64,000 bases of DNA from the NCBI GenBank assembly GCA_041666145.1, contig JBAYHK010000002.1:64260-128259 (forward strand), in the 5' to 3' direction. Both the position numbers and the translations under genes were made by a program. The notes below the pieces were generated by a model. That model did no database searches, was not told the origin of the DNA, and worked only from the letters and a program-made list of their open reading frames with translations. The first letter of the stretch is position 1. Every line of letters begins with the position of its first letter. The DNA comes from Patescibacteria group bacterium. Its GTDB lineage: Bacteria; Patescibacteriota; Patescibacteriia; UBA9934. This document shows, piece by piece, positions 36,887 through 47,100 of the stretch.

Positions 36887-39814
36887 CTATGTTGCTGGAA
36901 TGTATCGATTGCCCAAAGAGGCAGTATTCTTAATTCTCGCATGAAGATCAGAAAGGCGTTTCAATTCTCGTTTATTCTCTTTTCCGAGACGAACAACTTC
37001 CTTTTCAGCTGCTGGAAGCGGAGCCGAAACCTTTGTTTGCGCCGCTATAGCAGCCGTAGTAAACACCGTTGCTTTTGTCGCCTCAGCAGCGGCAGTTGCA
37101 GCACGCTGATCAATTGAAGCATGCTGCGCTGCATTCGCGGGAGTTTTACCTAAAACAGCGGCATCTGCAGCAGTCTTTTCCGCAATGGCCGCAGTCTGGT
37201 TTGCAACAGCCACAGTAAGAGCCGTATTGGCCGCTTTTATATCCTCTCGTATCTTTCGCAAACGCTCAGCGGCTTGAGTCTTCTGATCTTCAACATGTAA
37301 TTGCGCGCTAACTGCACGATCGATAGTAGAAAGCGCCTGCTTCTTTCGAAGAATTGTCTTCGGGCTTGCCCCTGGCTCAGTCCTGTACAAAGAATCAATG
37401 TCTGAGGTGCTAACGCCTGCAACACGCTTCGTAATCTCATTTGCCACTGCAGGATCTGAAACATTATTCGGAAGGCTAGATTCCGCCGGAACTAAGTGGT
37501 CAAAGAGCGCGGTATTACTTGCGTCAGATCCAATAACATTATCAATACGCTCTAATATATCTGGCGTATACCCAGAACTAGGAATCTTCAGAACGTTTCT
37601 CACCGCATCTGGCGTCGAACCATACACTCCACTCTCTATAAGCTGAGCCGTGGCCTTTCCCTGAATTTCCGGAGAAAGATCAGCGCCGATAGCTCCAAGG
37701 TTGTCTACCATTGCATCCATCAACAGCTTATCTCCTGCACCCATCTTCGGAATACGGCTTGTATTTACCAACGCCGCAACATTCTGAGCAGAACCCTTCC
37801 TTTCATCCGGCGTTCCCACTCTTGAAACATCTGGAGCTCCAATAGTTCCAATCAATGCATCACGCTGCTGCGACGTTCCCTTTCCATGAGAAACGATATC
37901 GTCAAAAGCAGTAATATCCCTACCCTTGTCATCGCGACGAGAAACCTTGCTTCTCAAAAAGGCAGCAGTGCTCGTCGTTATCGCTCCAGAAGCAGGAGCC
38001 GCTAAGGCACCAGCAGAAATAAGACCAAGATTTAGCCGTCCAGCCTTCTCCTGCGCATCCCAAGCTTTTTCTCGTTCTATGTCGTTCTTTAGCAAGTGCA
38101 TGTTTGCGAATCTGGAATCCTGGAAACGATCGCTCTCCGCATCATCCATGAGATCTTTTCCATCTCTGCTCAAGAATTCATCTGACCTCTGGAAGAGAAG
38201 ATCATGCTGCCTTTGCGCCTCAATCTTCGCCTCGTCCGTACTGTACCTGCCTGTCTTTAGCAATGACTTCTCTTGATTGCTCTTAAACTTATCTCGACGC
38301 CTCTGATCGGTTCCAAAATTCCGAAGATATGCATCTTTTTCATCTTTAGGAAGCGATGTGAATGCATTGGAGCCACTTGATGCTGCAGCATCCAACATCT
38401 GTAATTGCTCATCCGTTCGCTCCTTAAATTGCTCTCCACCCTTCTTAATCTCTGCTTTTCGCGTATCTTTAACACCTTTTACGATGTTCCCACCAACTGC
38501 AGCTAAGGCATTCCCAGTACCTCCTAATAACGGCATCCTCGATCCTTGCCTTCCAAGCCAAGACATTGCATTTCCAGCCCCCTTTGTTAATCCAGGCGCA
38601 ACAACTGCAGCGGCCGCAGCACCCTTCTGCGCTCTTTCATTCGCCCATGCCCTTTCCTTCTTAAATCCTCCGGCAGCTTTGAATGGACTCTTTGCAAGCC
38701 AGGTTGCCATGTCTTTTCCTTTTTGTGGACTCAACATGCTTGAGGCAAAACCTTCCATGGCTTTTGCGCTACTAGATGCTTGTTGCATACCAGCAATAAG
38801 AATCGCAAGAGCAAGAAACATTCCGAGAAAGTTATCCAAAGAAAACATCTGAAGCGGCAGATCAAGACTGTTCGATTCTTCAGGCATTGGAAAGTCTTCA
38901 GTTTGAGAAAGAGTCGACCCTGCAGATGCCGCCAGGGCAAGCCACAAAAAGAACGTCATCATTGGGCCAAACATGAGCGCGCTTCCAAATTTTCCCCACC
39001 ACTCTGAATATGAAGAATTTGCCTTAGGAAAAATATCTTTAATTCCAATCATGAAAAACGCCAATGGCGACATGATGATGAGAATCCACAAAATAACAAT
39101 GCGCCAAATAAACGCTATAGCCAAAAGAAACATTACTGCAAGAATGGCAAGATAAATAACAAACTGAAAATACGCCGCACCTAAAAACATAAATGACTGT
39201 ACGCCATCTCCTGCCGCATTTTGCTCTTCAAGAAAATCCGAACCAAATTGACCAAATGTCGACAGTCCAAGCATGGACGCAAAATTTCCTGCAGCAATAG
39301 AAACAATCGCGTTCACGAATGTAAACATGATTACTTGACTAACATCAATCAAAAAACCACAAATCAACTTACTAAAATTCACCAGAACGATCGCAATAAA
39401 AAGTCGCGGAAGCTGCTGTGCCCAATTCGCTTTAGAAATACCGAGAATCGTCATGATGGCGATCACCAAAAGCACAACAACAACAAACATGTTCACCACG
39501 TCACGCACCAAAGACCATCCAAGATTTGTAATGTTGCTATTGTAAAAACCGTTGTAACCAAGCACCGGAATAACAATAAGCTCGATGATGCGCAATGTAA
39601 CCAACCCCAAAGCTGCAGTAATGTTCTGAATAATTCCCGCAAGAATAAGCGCCGTCGCATCGAGAGGATTTTGCGCAAAATCCATGAAGCCAATTGCAAA
39701 AACAGACCGCGCTGGAATAACAAGAATAAGTGCAGCAACAACAATTGCAGTAAATATTTTATGCCGTGCACACCATGAAATAAACCGCTGTCCAAGCGCA
39801 CGAAACTTCGCCAT
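36887..39814 (-). CDS. VirB6/TrbL-like polytopic membrane protein with a long cytoplasmic tail
   Basis: GWSLVRDVVNMF, LVNFS, RIVILWILIIMSPLAF and WW..F motifs; many TMs followed by a Gly/Ala-rich helical tail. Confidence 0.75.
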   Translation of the reverse strand: MAKFRALGQRFISWCARHKIFTAIVVAALILVIPARSVFAIGFMDFAQNPLDATALILAGIIQNITAALGLVTLRIIELIVIPVLGYNGFYNSNITNLGWSLVRDVVNMFVVVVLLVIAIMTILGISKANWAQQLPRLFIAIVLVNFSKLICGFLIDVSQVIMFTFVNAIVSIAAGNFASMLGLSTFGQFGSDFLEEQNAAGDGVQSFMFLGAAYFQFVIYLAILAVMFLLAIAFIWRIVILWILIIMSPLAFFMIGIKDIFPKANSSYSEWWGKFGSALMFGPMMTFFLWLALAASAGSTLSQTEDFPMPEESNSLDLPLQMFSLDNFLGMFLALAILIAGMQQASSSAKAMEGFASSMLSPQKGKDMATWLAKSPFKAAGGFKKERAWANERAQKGAAAAAVVAPGLTKGAGNAMSWLGRQGSRMPLLGGTGNALAAVGGNIVKGVKDTRKAEIKKGGEQFKERTDEQLQMLDAAASSGSNAFTSLPKDEKDAYLRNFGTDQRRRDKFKSNQEKSLLKTGRYSTDEAKIEAQRQHDLLFQRSDEFLSRDGKDLMDDAESDRFQDSRFANMHLLKNDIEREKAWDAQEKAGRLNLGLISAGALAAPASGAITTSTAAFLRSKVSRRDDKGRDITAFDDIVSHGKGTSQQRDALIGTIGAPDVSRVGTPDERKGSAQNVAALVNTSRIPKMGAGDKLLMDAMVDNLGAIGADLSPEIQGKATAQLIESGVYGSTPDAVRNVLKIPSSGYTPDILERIDNVIGSDASNTALFDHLVPAESSLPNNVSDPAVANEITKRVAGVSTSDIDSLYRTEPGASPKTILRKKQALSTIDRAVSAQLHVEDQKTQAAERLRKIREDIKAANTALTVAVANQTAAIAEKTAADAAVLGKTPANAAQHASIDQRAATAAAEATKATVFTTAAIAAQTKVSAPLPAAEKEVVRLGKENKRELKRLSDLHARIKNTASLGNRYIPAT

Positions 39815-39823
39815 AGTGAGCAA

Positions 39824-39843
39824 AGTATATCATGGGGTAGAAT
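39824..39843. promoter_or_regulatory. Back-to-back -10 boxes for the VirB6-like gene and dprA
   Basis: Minus-strand TGATATACT (39832-39824) 9 nt before ATG 39814; plus-strand TAGAAT (39838-39843) 7 nt before ATG 39851. Confidence 0.65.
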
Positions 39844-39850
39844 CAATATT

Positions 39851-40933
39851 ATGCGGTCTCCATTCACGATTGCCCTTGCAAATGTTCCCATGTTTGGCCA
39901 AGTAAGCCACGCAAAACTTTTAGCGACCTTCACAACAGCAGAAGATGCATGGCGCGCAAATCGTAATGAGCTTCTCAGCACCGGAATCGAGCCAAAGCGC
40001 ATCGACGCGTTCATTGCATGGAGAAACAGTCAGCGACTCGAATCATTCATCGAGAGTATCGACCGTGAACACATTCGCGTCATAGGAAAAGACGACCTTG
40101 AATACCCGCCACTCCTTGCACAGATTTTTGACCCTCCTGCGTATCTCTTTGTTCGCGGAGCGTCACTGCTCAGCAAGTCTCCAATCGCAATGGTCGGGTC
40201 TCGTCACTGCACAAAATACGGAAGAGACACTGCGCAAAAACTTGCAAACGACCTTGCAACTGGCGGACTTAGCATTGTAAGCGGCGGTGCGTACGGGATT
40301 GATCAAGCTGCACATGAAGGAGCTATGACAGCAAAAGGACACACAATAGCGGTCCTCGCTTCTGGCCTTCTCGGCGCTGACAACAGCAAACACATCGAAC
40401 TCTTAAACAAGATTCTTGTCGCGAATGGAACAATCATCAGTGAATTCCCTCTCATTGCCCCACCGCAACCACACTGCTTTCCTCTTCGCAATCGAATCGT
40501 CTCTGGCATGTGCAAGGCAACAATCGTTGTTGAAGCAGCGCTCGCATCTGGATCGATGATCACCGCAAGTGCGGCAACAAGAGAAAACCGCGAAGTCTGT
40601 GCGGTGCCAGGAAATATCTCGTCTCCGACAAGCGCTGGGACAAACTGGCTTGTCAAAACTGGCGCCCACTGCATTACCGAGGCGCAAGACATCTTTCTCC
40701 TCTACGGAATGAACGTTGCACCAAACGCTTCCGCAACCGCAGTTCTTCCACCTGGCAGAAGTACCAATGAACAGGCGCTCTTTTCCGTGCTCAGTGCTGA
40801 ACCGCTTCACATCGACTCCGCCGCAGAACGTGCCCAGCTCTCCCCATCTGCTGCAAGCGCGGCCGCAACCCAACTCGAAATCCTCGGTATTATTCGCGAC
40901 ATCGGCGGAAATCATTTCGTGGTTGGACGATAA
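39851..40933 (+). CDS. dprA: DNA-processing protein DprA/Smf
   Basis: YPPLLAQIFDPP, VGSR, VSGGAYGID and FPLRNRIVSG motifs; C-terminal winged helix. Confidence 0.96.
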   Translation: MRSPFTIALANVPMFGQVSHAKLLATFTTAEDAWRANRNELLSTGIEPKRIDAFIAWRNSQRLESFIESIDREHIRVIGKDDLEYPPLLAQIFDPPAYLFVRGASLLSKSPIAMVGSRHCTKYGRDTAQKLANDLATGGLSIVSGGAYGIDQAAHEGAMTAKGHTIAVLASGLLGADNSKHIELLNKILVANGTIISEFPLIAPPQPHCFPLRNRIVSGMCKATIVVEAALASGSMITASAATRENREVCAVPGNISSPTSAGTNWLVKTGAHCITEAQDIFLLYGMNVAPNASATAVLPPGRSTNEQALFSVLSAEPLHIDSAAERAQLSPSAASAAATQLEILGIIRDIGGNHFVVGR

Positions 40934-40973
40934 AAAACAAAATATAAAGAGGAACAATGCAATGTCTCGTAAA

Positions 40974-41473
40974 GGCTACGGATCCCTCACGTACGTTCGG
41001 GATGGGACAAGACAAGAATGTGATCGAATGAAATGTGAGTGGTCCGAAGCTGATACATGCTGGTAATTCCGAAGCCTATGAGTTGGGATGTGAAGAGAGG
41101 TGATCTTTGAAGAGGTAGGGGGAATGAAAAAGAAGGAGAGAGAGTGGGGTGTGTTGTTTTGAAAACAGGGTTTTCGCTAATGCAACCATGTTGCAATAAG
41201 GAGCTCGCATCAGATCTGTTCATGACAGACGTGTGGCTGTAGTCACTGCTGATAAAGCCGAAAGGACATTATTCATTCGGAACCCGTCTTTACATAGATT
41301 TTCCAATCTCCGATGATTCTATTGCCCTGTTTTCAAACCCCAAAAAACTACTACCCCTGCAAAAAAAGACTTACCTCACTCCTCATTCCTTACTCCTCCC
41401 CCCACTTTTTCCAAAGACTCACAATCACTTTTATTACAGGGCTGCGGATCCCTCACGTACGTTCGGGATGGGA
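40974..41473 (+). repeat. 34-nt direct repeat (40974-41007 and 41440-41473), REP-like
   Basis: GGCT(A/G)CGGATCCCTCACGTACGTTCGGGATGGGA, 33/34 identical. Confidence 0.85.
41141..41200 (-). repeat. Inverted copy of 30776-30835, including the Zur-box-like palindrome
   Basis: 48/60 ungapped identity by manual alignment. Confidence 0.75.
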
Positions 41474-41523
41474 TCTGAAAGCAATACCTGAACTGAATCA
41501 GCGTGGTCGGCAAGCTTATCGTG

Positions 41524-41592
41524 GTCATCCCCGCATAGGCGGGGATCCATCTCTATCAAAGCACACTGGATCCCCGCTTTCGCGGGGATGAC
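41524..41592. repeat. REP/RPE-like palindromic element
   Basis: GTCATCCCCGCATAGGCGGGGATCCA...TGGATCCCCGCTTTCGCGGGGATGAC. Confidence 0.85.
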
Positions 41593-41651
41593 TGGATAAG
41601 ATGAGATGACGAAATGAGACGAACAGGATAGTGAAATATAGAGAAACGAGC

Positions 41652-41767
41652 AGCGACGAGGGATATTGGACGAAGCGAGCGCACTACGACCCAGCAGCAG
41701 ACGAACGAAGTGAGTCGTCGCTGCGTGGAGAGTTGCGCACAGCAGAGTCCAATATCCCGAAGTCGCT
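41652..41767. repeat. Long imperfect hairpin element
   Basis: Perfect 12-bp arms GGGATATTGGAC (41660-41671) and GTCCAATATCCC (41747-41758), plus outer and inner stems. Confidence 0.7.
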
Positions 41768-41878
41768 AGCGAACAAATGAATGAACCAAAAATCTCACCT
41801 GATATGATGGCCACGCTTGACGGTTCGGCAGATACGAACGTATCGTCAGCAACGATATTCCCATTTTTTTCGCAAAGT

Positions 41879-44149
41879 ATGGCCAAATTACTCATTGTAG
41901 AGTCTCCAACCAAGGCAAAAACCATCACAAAATTCCTTGGTAAGGAGTACAAAGTCATATCCTCTTTTGGCCATATTCGCGACCTTCCAAAACGTACAAC
42001 TGGAGTTGATATTCACCACGGATTCAAGCCAACCTACGAAGTTCCAGCAGATAAAAAGGATAAAGTTAAAGCGCTCAAAGACGCAGCAAAGGGCGCAGAA
42101 GTCTACCTTGCAACTGACGAAGACCGAGAAGGAGAAGCAATAGCTTGGCACATTGCCGAAGTTTTAAAGCTCGACCCAGAAACTGCAAAGCGCATTACTT
42201 TCCACGAGATTACTAAGCCAGCCATCCAAAAAGCACTTGAAAATACACGACACATCGATATGAAAATGGTCGACGCACAGCAGACGCGTCGTATTCTTGA
42301 TCGGCTAGTCGGTTATGAGCTCTCCCCGCTTTTATGGAACAAGGTGCAACGCGGACTTTCTGCTGGCCGCGTGCAGTCTGTTGCAGTTCGACTTGTCGTT
42401 GAGCGCGAACGAGAGCGTCTTGCGTTCATCAAAGAAGAGTATTGGTCTATCGAGGCGATGCTCTCAAAATCGAACACAGAATTTTCTACAAAACTTGTTG
42501 CAATCGGCGACAGAAAAATCGACAAGCTCGATATAAAAACACAGATCGAAGCTGAAGCTGTAGTGAGTGCCGTCAAAGATGCGGACTTTGTAGTGAAATC
42601 AATTGAGAAGAAAGCAGCAACACGCAAAGCTCCAACTCCACTTACAACTTCAACATTACAACAAGAGGCATACAACCGACTTGGCATGAGCGCCAAGCAA
42701 ACCATGACGCTCGCTCAAAAACTTTACGAAACTGGTCGCATTACCTACATGCGTACTGATTCCATGAACCTCGGAGATGACTTCATCGAAGCGATTCAGC
42801 ACTACGCGAAAAAAGAATGGGGCAACGAATATATTAATGGTGGCGTTCACTACAAAACAAATAAGAAAGGCGCGCAAGAAGCGCATGAAGCTATCCGCCC
42901 AACAAACGTCGCTGAAACACCAGAAACACTTCGTGCGGCTCTCGATCCTGGTATGTGGAAACTCTACGATCTCATCTGGCGTCGCACCGTTGCATCACAG
43001 CTGCCAAGCGCAAAAATCGAACGAACCGCAATCGACTTTCTTGCAAGCAATCACACGTTTAGAGGGAATGGCAGTATTGTTATTTTTGAGGGATACATGA
43101 AGGTCTGGCGCGCTGCAGAAGACAAAGTGCTTCCAGAAATGAAAGAAGGAGACAACGTTGGCAAAGCAATAAGCGTCATTCCAGAACAACATTTCACTGA
43201 ACCACCAGCACGCTACAGCGACGCGTCACTGATCAAGATCATGGAAGAATACGGAATTGGTAGACCGTCAACGTACGCGCCAACTCTTGCAACCATAGAA
43301 GCACGAGGCTACGTTTTGCGCGACGACAACAAAAAACTCTACCCTTCAGACATCGCATTCGTCGTCATCGACTTACTCAAGGAGCACTTCCCACAAATCG
43401 TTGACTACGAATTTACGGCAACCATGGAAAAGAAACTTGACGACATCGCGGAAGGCGACGAAAACTGGCAACTTGTTTTGGCAGGATTCTATGGACCGTT
43501 CCATAGCACTATTGTTGAAAAAGGAACGGAGCTGAGCAGAGAAAGCATCATGAAGGTTCAAGAAATTGGCATCGATCCTGCAACGGGAAAAATGATCATC
43601 GCTCGCATGGGACGCTTTGGACCATTTGTGCAGCTTGGAGAACCAGAAGGAGAAGAAAAGCCGCGGAGAGCGTCGCTAGAGAAAACGCAAACAATCGACA
43701 CGCTCACCATCGAACAAGCGCTTCGACTCCTCTCACTCCCCCGCACTCTTGGCAAGCACACAAACGGAGATGAGATCATCGCGAACGTCGGCCGCTTTGG
43801 CCCATATCTCAAGTGCGGAGCGATAAACATTTCGCTGCCTCCAGAACATCACCCTGCAACAATTACGCTCGAGCAAGCAATTACGCTCTGCACGGAAGGC
43901 GTTGCAAAGAAAATTAAAGCAATGACTCCACTCGCAGAACTCGGCGTTGAACCAGAAACAAAGGCGAACATCGTCATCAAAGACGGAAGATACGGCCCAT
44001 ATGTCACTGACGGAAAGACGAATGCAACTATTCCAAAAGACATTGATCCGAAAGCTGTGACCCTGGGAGCCGCAATCGAACTCTTAGTAAAGAAACGTGC
44101 ATCGCCGAAGAAAGCGTGGAAACGGAAGAAGAATGACGATGAAGAATAG
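41879..44149 (+). CDS. topA: DNA topoisomerase I with C-terminal Toprim_C repeats
   Basis: LIVESPTKAKTI, ATDEDREGEAIAWH, SAGRVQS, ITYMRTDS and repeated GRFGPY motifs; start reset to ATG 41879. Confidence 0.98.
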   Translation: MAKLLIVESPTKAKTITKFLGKEYKVISSFGHIRDLPKRTTGVDIHHGFKPTYEVPADKKDKVKALKDAAKGAEVYLATDEDREGEAIAWHIAEVLKLDPETAKRITFHEITKPAIQKALENTRHIDMKMVDAQQTRRILDRLVGYELSPLLWNKVQRGLSAGRVQSVAVRLVVERERERLAFIKEEYWSIEAMLSKSNTEFSTKLVAIGDRKIDKLDIKTQIEAEAVVSAVKDADFVVKSIEKKAATRKAPTPLTTSTLQQEAYNRLGMSAKQTMTLAQKLYETGRITYMRTDSMNLGDDFIEAIQHYAKKEWGNEYINGGVHYKTNKKGAQEAHEAIRPTNVAETPETLRAALDPGMWKLYDLIWRRTVASQLPSAKIERTAIDFLASNHTFRGNGSIVIFEGYMKVWRAAEDKVLPEMKEGDNVGKAISVIPEQHFTEPPARYSDASLIKIMEEYGIGRPSTYAPTLATIEARGYVLRDDNKKLYPSDIAFVVIDLLKEHFPQIVDYEFTATMEKKLDDIAEGDENWQLVLAGFYGPFHSTIVEKGTELSRESIMKVQEIGIDPATGKMIIARMGRFGPFVQLGEPEGEEKPRRASLEKTQTIDTLTIEQALRLLSLPRTLGKHTNGDEIIANVGRFGPYLKCGAINISLPPEHHPATITLEQAITLCTEGVAKKIKAMTPLAELGVEPETKANIVIKDGRYGPYVTDGKTNATIPKDIDPKAVTLGAAIELLVKKRASPKKAWKRKKNDDEE

Positions 44150-44151
44150 AA

Positions 44152-44178
44152 AAAGAAGAGCCGCAAGGCTCTTCTTTC
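44152..44178. terminator. Bidirectional terminator
   Basis: AAAGAAGAGCC-GCAA-GGCTCTTCTTT hairpin. Confidence 0.85.
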
Positions 44179-44194
44179 ATTGAAATTCTTTTTT

Positions 44195-47100
44195 TTACGC
44201 TCCACGCTTAGCCATTCGTTCTAATGCTGGCAGCATCTTCTCAATATGCTCTTGAATTGCCAACCTAGCCTCTGTTGCCATCTGGCCAACGCCGCCTTCA
44301 GCCGCAACTCCTGCTGCCCGTAGTCCCGGAAGCGCCTCTTCAAGTCCGCCAACTGTTATGCCAGTCATACCAACCACAGTTGCAATAGTCGACAACGCCT
44401 CCGCAATATTCAACACTCGCTCAGTCGAAGTCCGTGCAGTCGCGGTAAGTTTTTTCCAAGTTGTTTGCCAAGTCTCTCTGAAAACAGTAGCGATGTTCGC
44501 GACAACACCCGTATTCTTCTCTCGCTTTGCCACAGCTTCAAACTTTTCACGGAAACTCATTACGCCATACGTCACTCCACGAACAGCTTCGATTCCTACT
44601 CCAATACCAGACAGGGAAAGAACACGTAGAGCCGAGTTCGCAACTTCTTTCGACGCTTGCCATCCAGAAACCCTTGGAACAATGCCCTTTTCAATAATTT
44701 CAGCGACTTCCCTGCTTCTTGCCGCCATAGTCTCTCGATTCCTTTCCTGATATTTCCCTCGCATTGCATCAAGCTGCTTAATCATGGCTTCTCGCTGTGC
44801 TCGAGGAAAATCTTCTTCCGATTTCGGCGACGTTTCTATTGCACGTCGCAGTCTGTCCGACGCCTCAATGTTCGCACGAGTTTGAACCTCTGGATCTGCG
44901 CCTCGAACTCGAGTACGAACCTCATGCTCCATTGCACTCAAAATCTGCTCCTGAAGATACGCCCGTTCATTCGCGTTGCAATAAGATTGCGTAAAATATC
45001 GCGGCACATCAACAAGCGACTTGAAGCCGAAAACTTTTCCCACCACAGAAAACACACTCGCGGTGCCCCGAACAATTGCTTCGCCCCGAGACATCTTTTC
45101 ATCAGTCCCCTCTCGTTCGGATCGCTCACCAGTAACTTCCATTGCAACATAGTCACCAATACCCTTGCCAAACCATCCTCCAACTTTTTCTCGAATATTC
45201 TTTGCCCAACTCGATACTCGTTCTTCCGCATGCAAAAGTTCGTCACGACGAACCGGAATCGGCACAAGTTCTGGAGTTGGAATTACTGGTGCTACTAAAA
45301 CCGGTGCAATAATAGGTTCTGGCTCTGGTATCGGCTCAGGAGCTGGTTCTGGTTCCGGAATCGGCTCAGGCGATGGCGCAGCTACGAGTGCCACCTCTGG
45401 CACCAATACAGGTGCCGATTCTGAAGTCGGCATCGGCTCTGGTTCCAATACTGGCCCCGGCTCTGGCGCTTTCACAATCGGAGGTTCTGGCACAGGAGCT
45501 GGAACGGCCGAAACAGCTTCTTCTGCGCGATACTTTTCTTTCAATGCCGCGATTCTCGCCTTGAGATCATCAAGACTTGTAAATTCTGTGGCATAAACAA
45601 AATCCTCCGCACGATCCGGTCGAACACCTTTAATAACCGACATCCGTCGATCCCCTATTGGCCAACGCAACAATGTACCAATCATCTGACCTCGCTTACT
45701 CTGCGGACGCTCCTCTTCCCAGAACATGTCATCACGAAGAATTTTTCGAACTTCTTCCGCGTGACTCTTTATTGCCTCAGCCCGAAGATCCGGCAAGTTT
45801 TCAATAGGCGGAGTCTCTGCTGACACTTCGGGAGCGAGAGAATCTGATGGTGAAACGTTTACAGCGGCAGTATCTATAGGATCAGAAGTGGGTGGAAGCG
45901 GCAGCAACGAATCATCTGAAGTCGATGGCGCTGAAGCATTGACGACTGACGCAAGGTCAGCAGCTGCTTTTGCTTCTGCATTCTCCTCTTTTCCAGACAC
46001 AAGAGGATCTACATTATTGTCCTGTGCGGGAATTGCAGTAAATAATTCTCGATATACCGCCGAACTTCCGATTAAACTCTTAAATTCCTCTCGACGTGCT
46101 TCCGGAACAAGCCGAACGAATTCTTCATCGGCATCCAGTATAACTTCATGAGTTATTCGCTCTAAAAATCCAGCACGCTCAGCACGAGCGGCATGAACAT
46201 CATTCGAAGATCCTTCATTCCACAAGAAATCCATGCAAGCAACTTGGCGATACCAATCTTTGAAAACTCTCTTCATGCCCACCGACCTTATCTCTAAAGA
46301 TTTCGATATGTATCCCTCTAGATCAGCGACAACATTCTTCAGTACGGAAGTGTAAATGTTCGCGTCGCTTCCTCTTCCATGAGTTCGATCTTCTGGACTA
46401 AATGGGCAAATATTCACCTCCCAATCTATTTCAAGAGCTTTAGCCTCTTTCAAAAGCGCCTCCATTACAATTTTCCGCTCATCACCAACCTTCAGCCGCG
46501 CATCAAGAATATTCATCTTTAACTGAGCTACCTGAAGCTCAAAACCAGGAAACTTTTGCTTCCATACCTCCGATCTCTTCCCCTCCTCCTTCTGACTCAA
46601 AAAAAACCGCCACTCCCCATCAAGCTTGTTAACGTTTGTCCGAAGCTCCTTATGTACATTTACAAGATCTGCCCATCCGTCTGGCCGCCTACTATCACCA
46701 AACCTATCAAGTATCGGATGTATAACCTTTTCCCAATCATCACGATAAAGACCAACGTCCAAAATAAACTGATCAATGACTCTTTGAACCGCGGCAATCT
46801 CGTCATCCGAGCCCACCGGCATTGTATGAATATCTTCAATACGAGCATTTAATGCTTCTATTGCAGCCAAAAAATGCTCACCAATCTCCCGTCGCGCATT
46901 CTCATCCATTAAATCTTCTGTTGGCTCTTGGACCTCCGAAGATTCAATCGAAGGATTAAAATTCGTTTCGTATGCTGCAAGTGCCGCCTCTAAACGCTCG
47001 CACTCCAAACGAAGGTTCACAAGTTCTGGCACACCATCAATCTCTACCCCTTCTGTTTCTAATCGTTCTGTATTCGCGTTCAAACCTTCTCGAAGTACAG

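Noticed and set aside
41434-41958. 174-aa minus-strand ORF (VIPAKAGIQ...MDPRLCGDD) and the topA N-terminal extension
   Set aside because: These are translations of REP-like palindromes, overlapping the real topA start at 41879.
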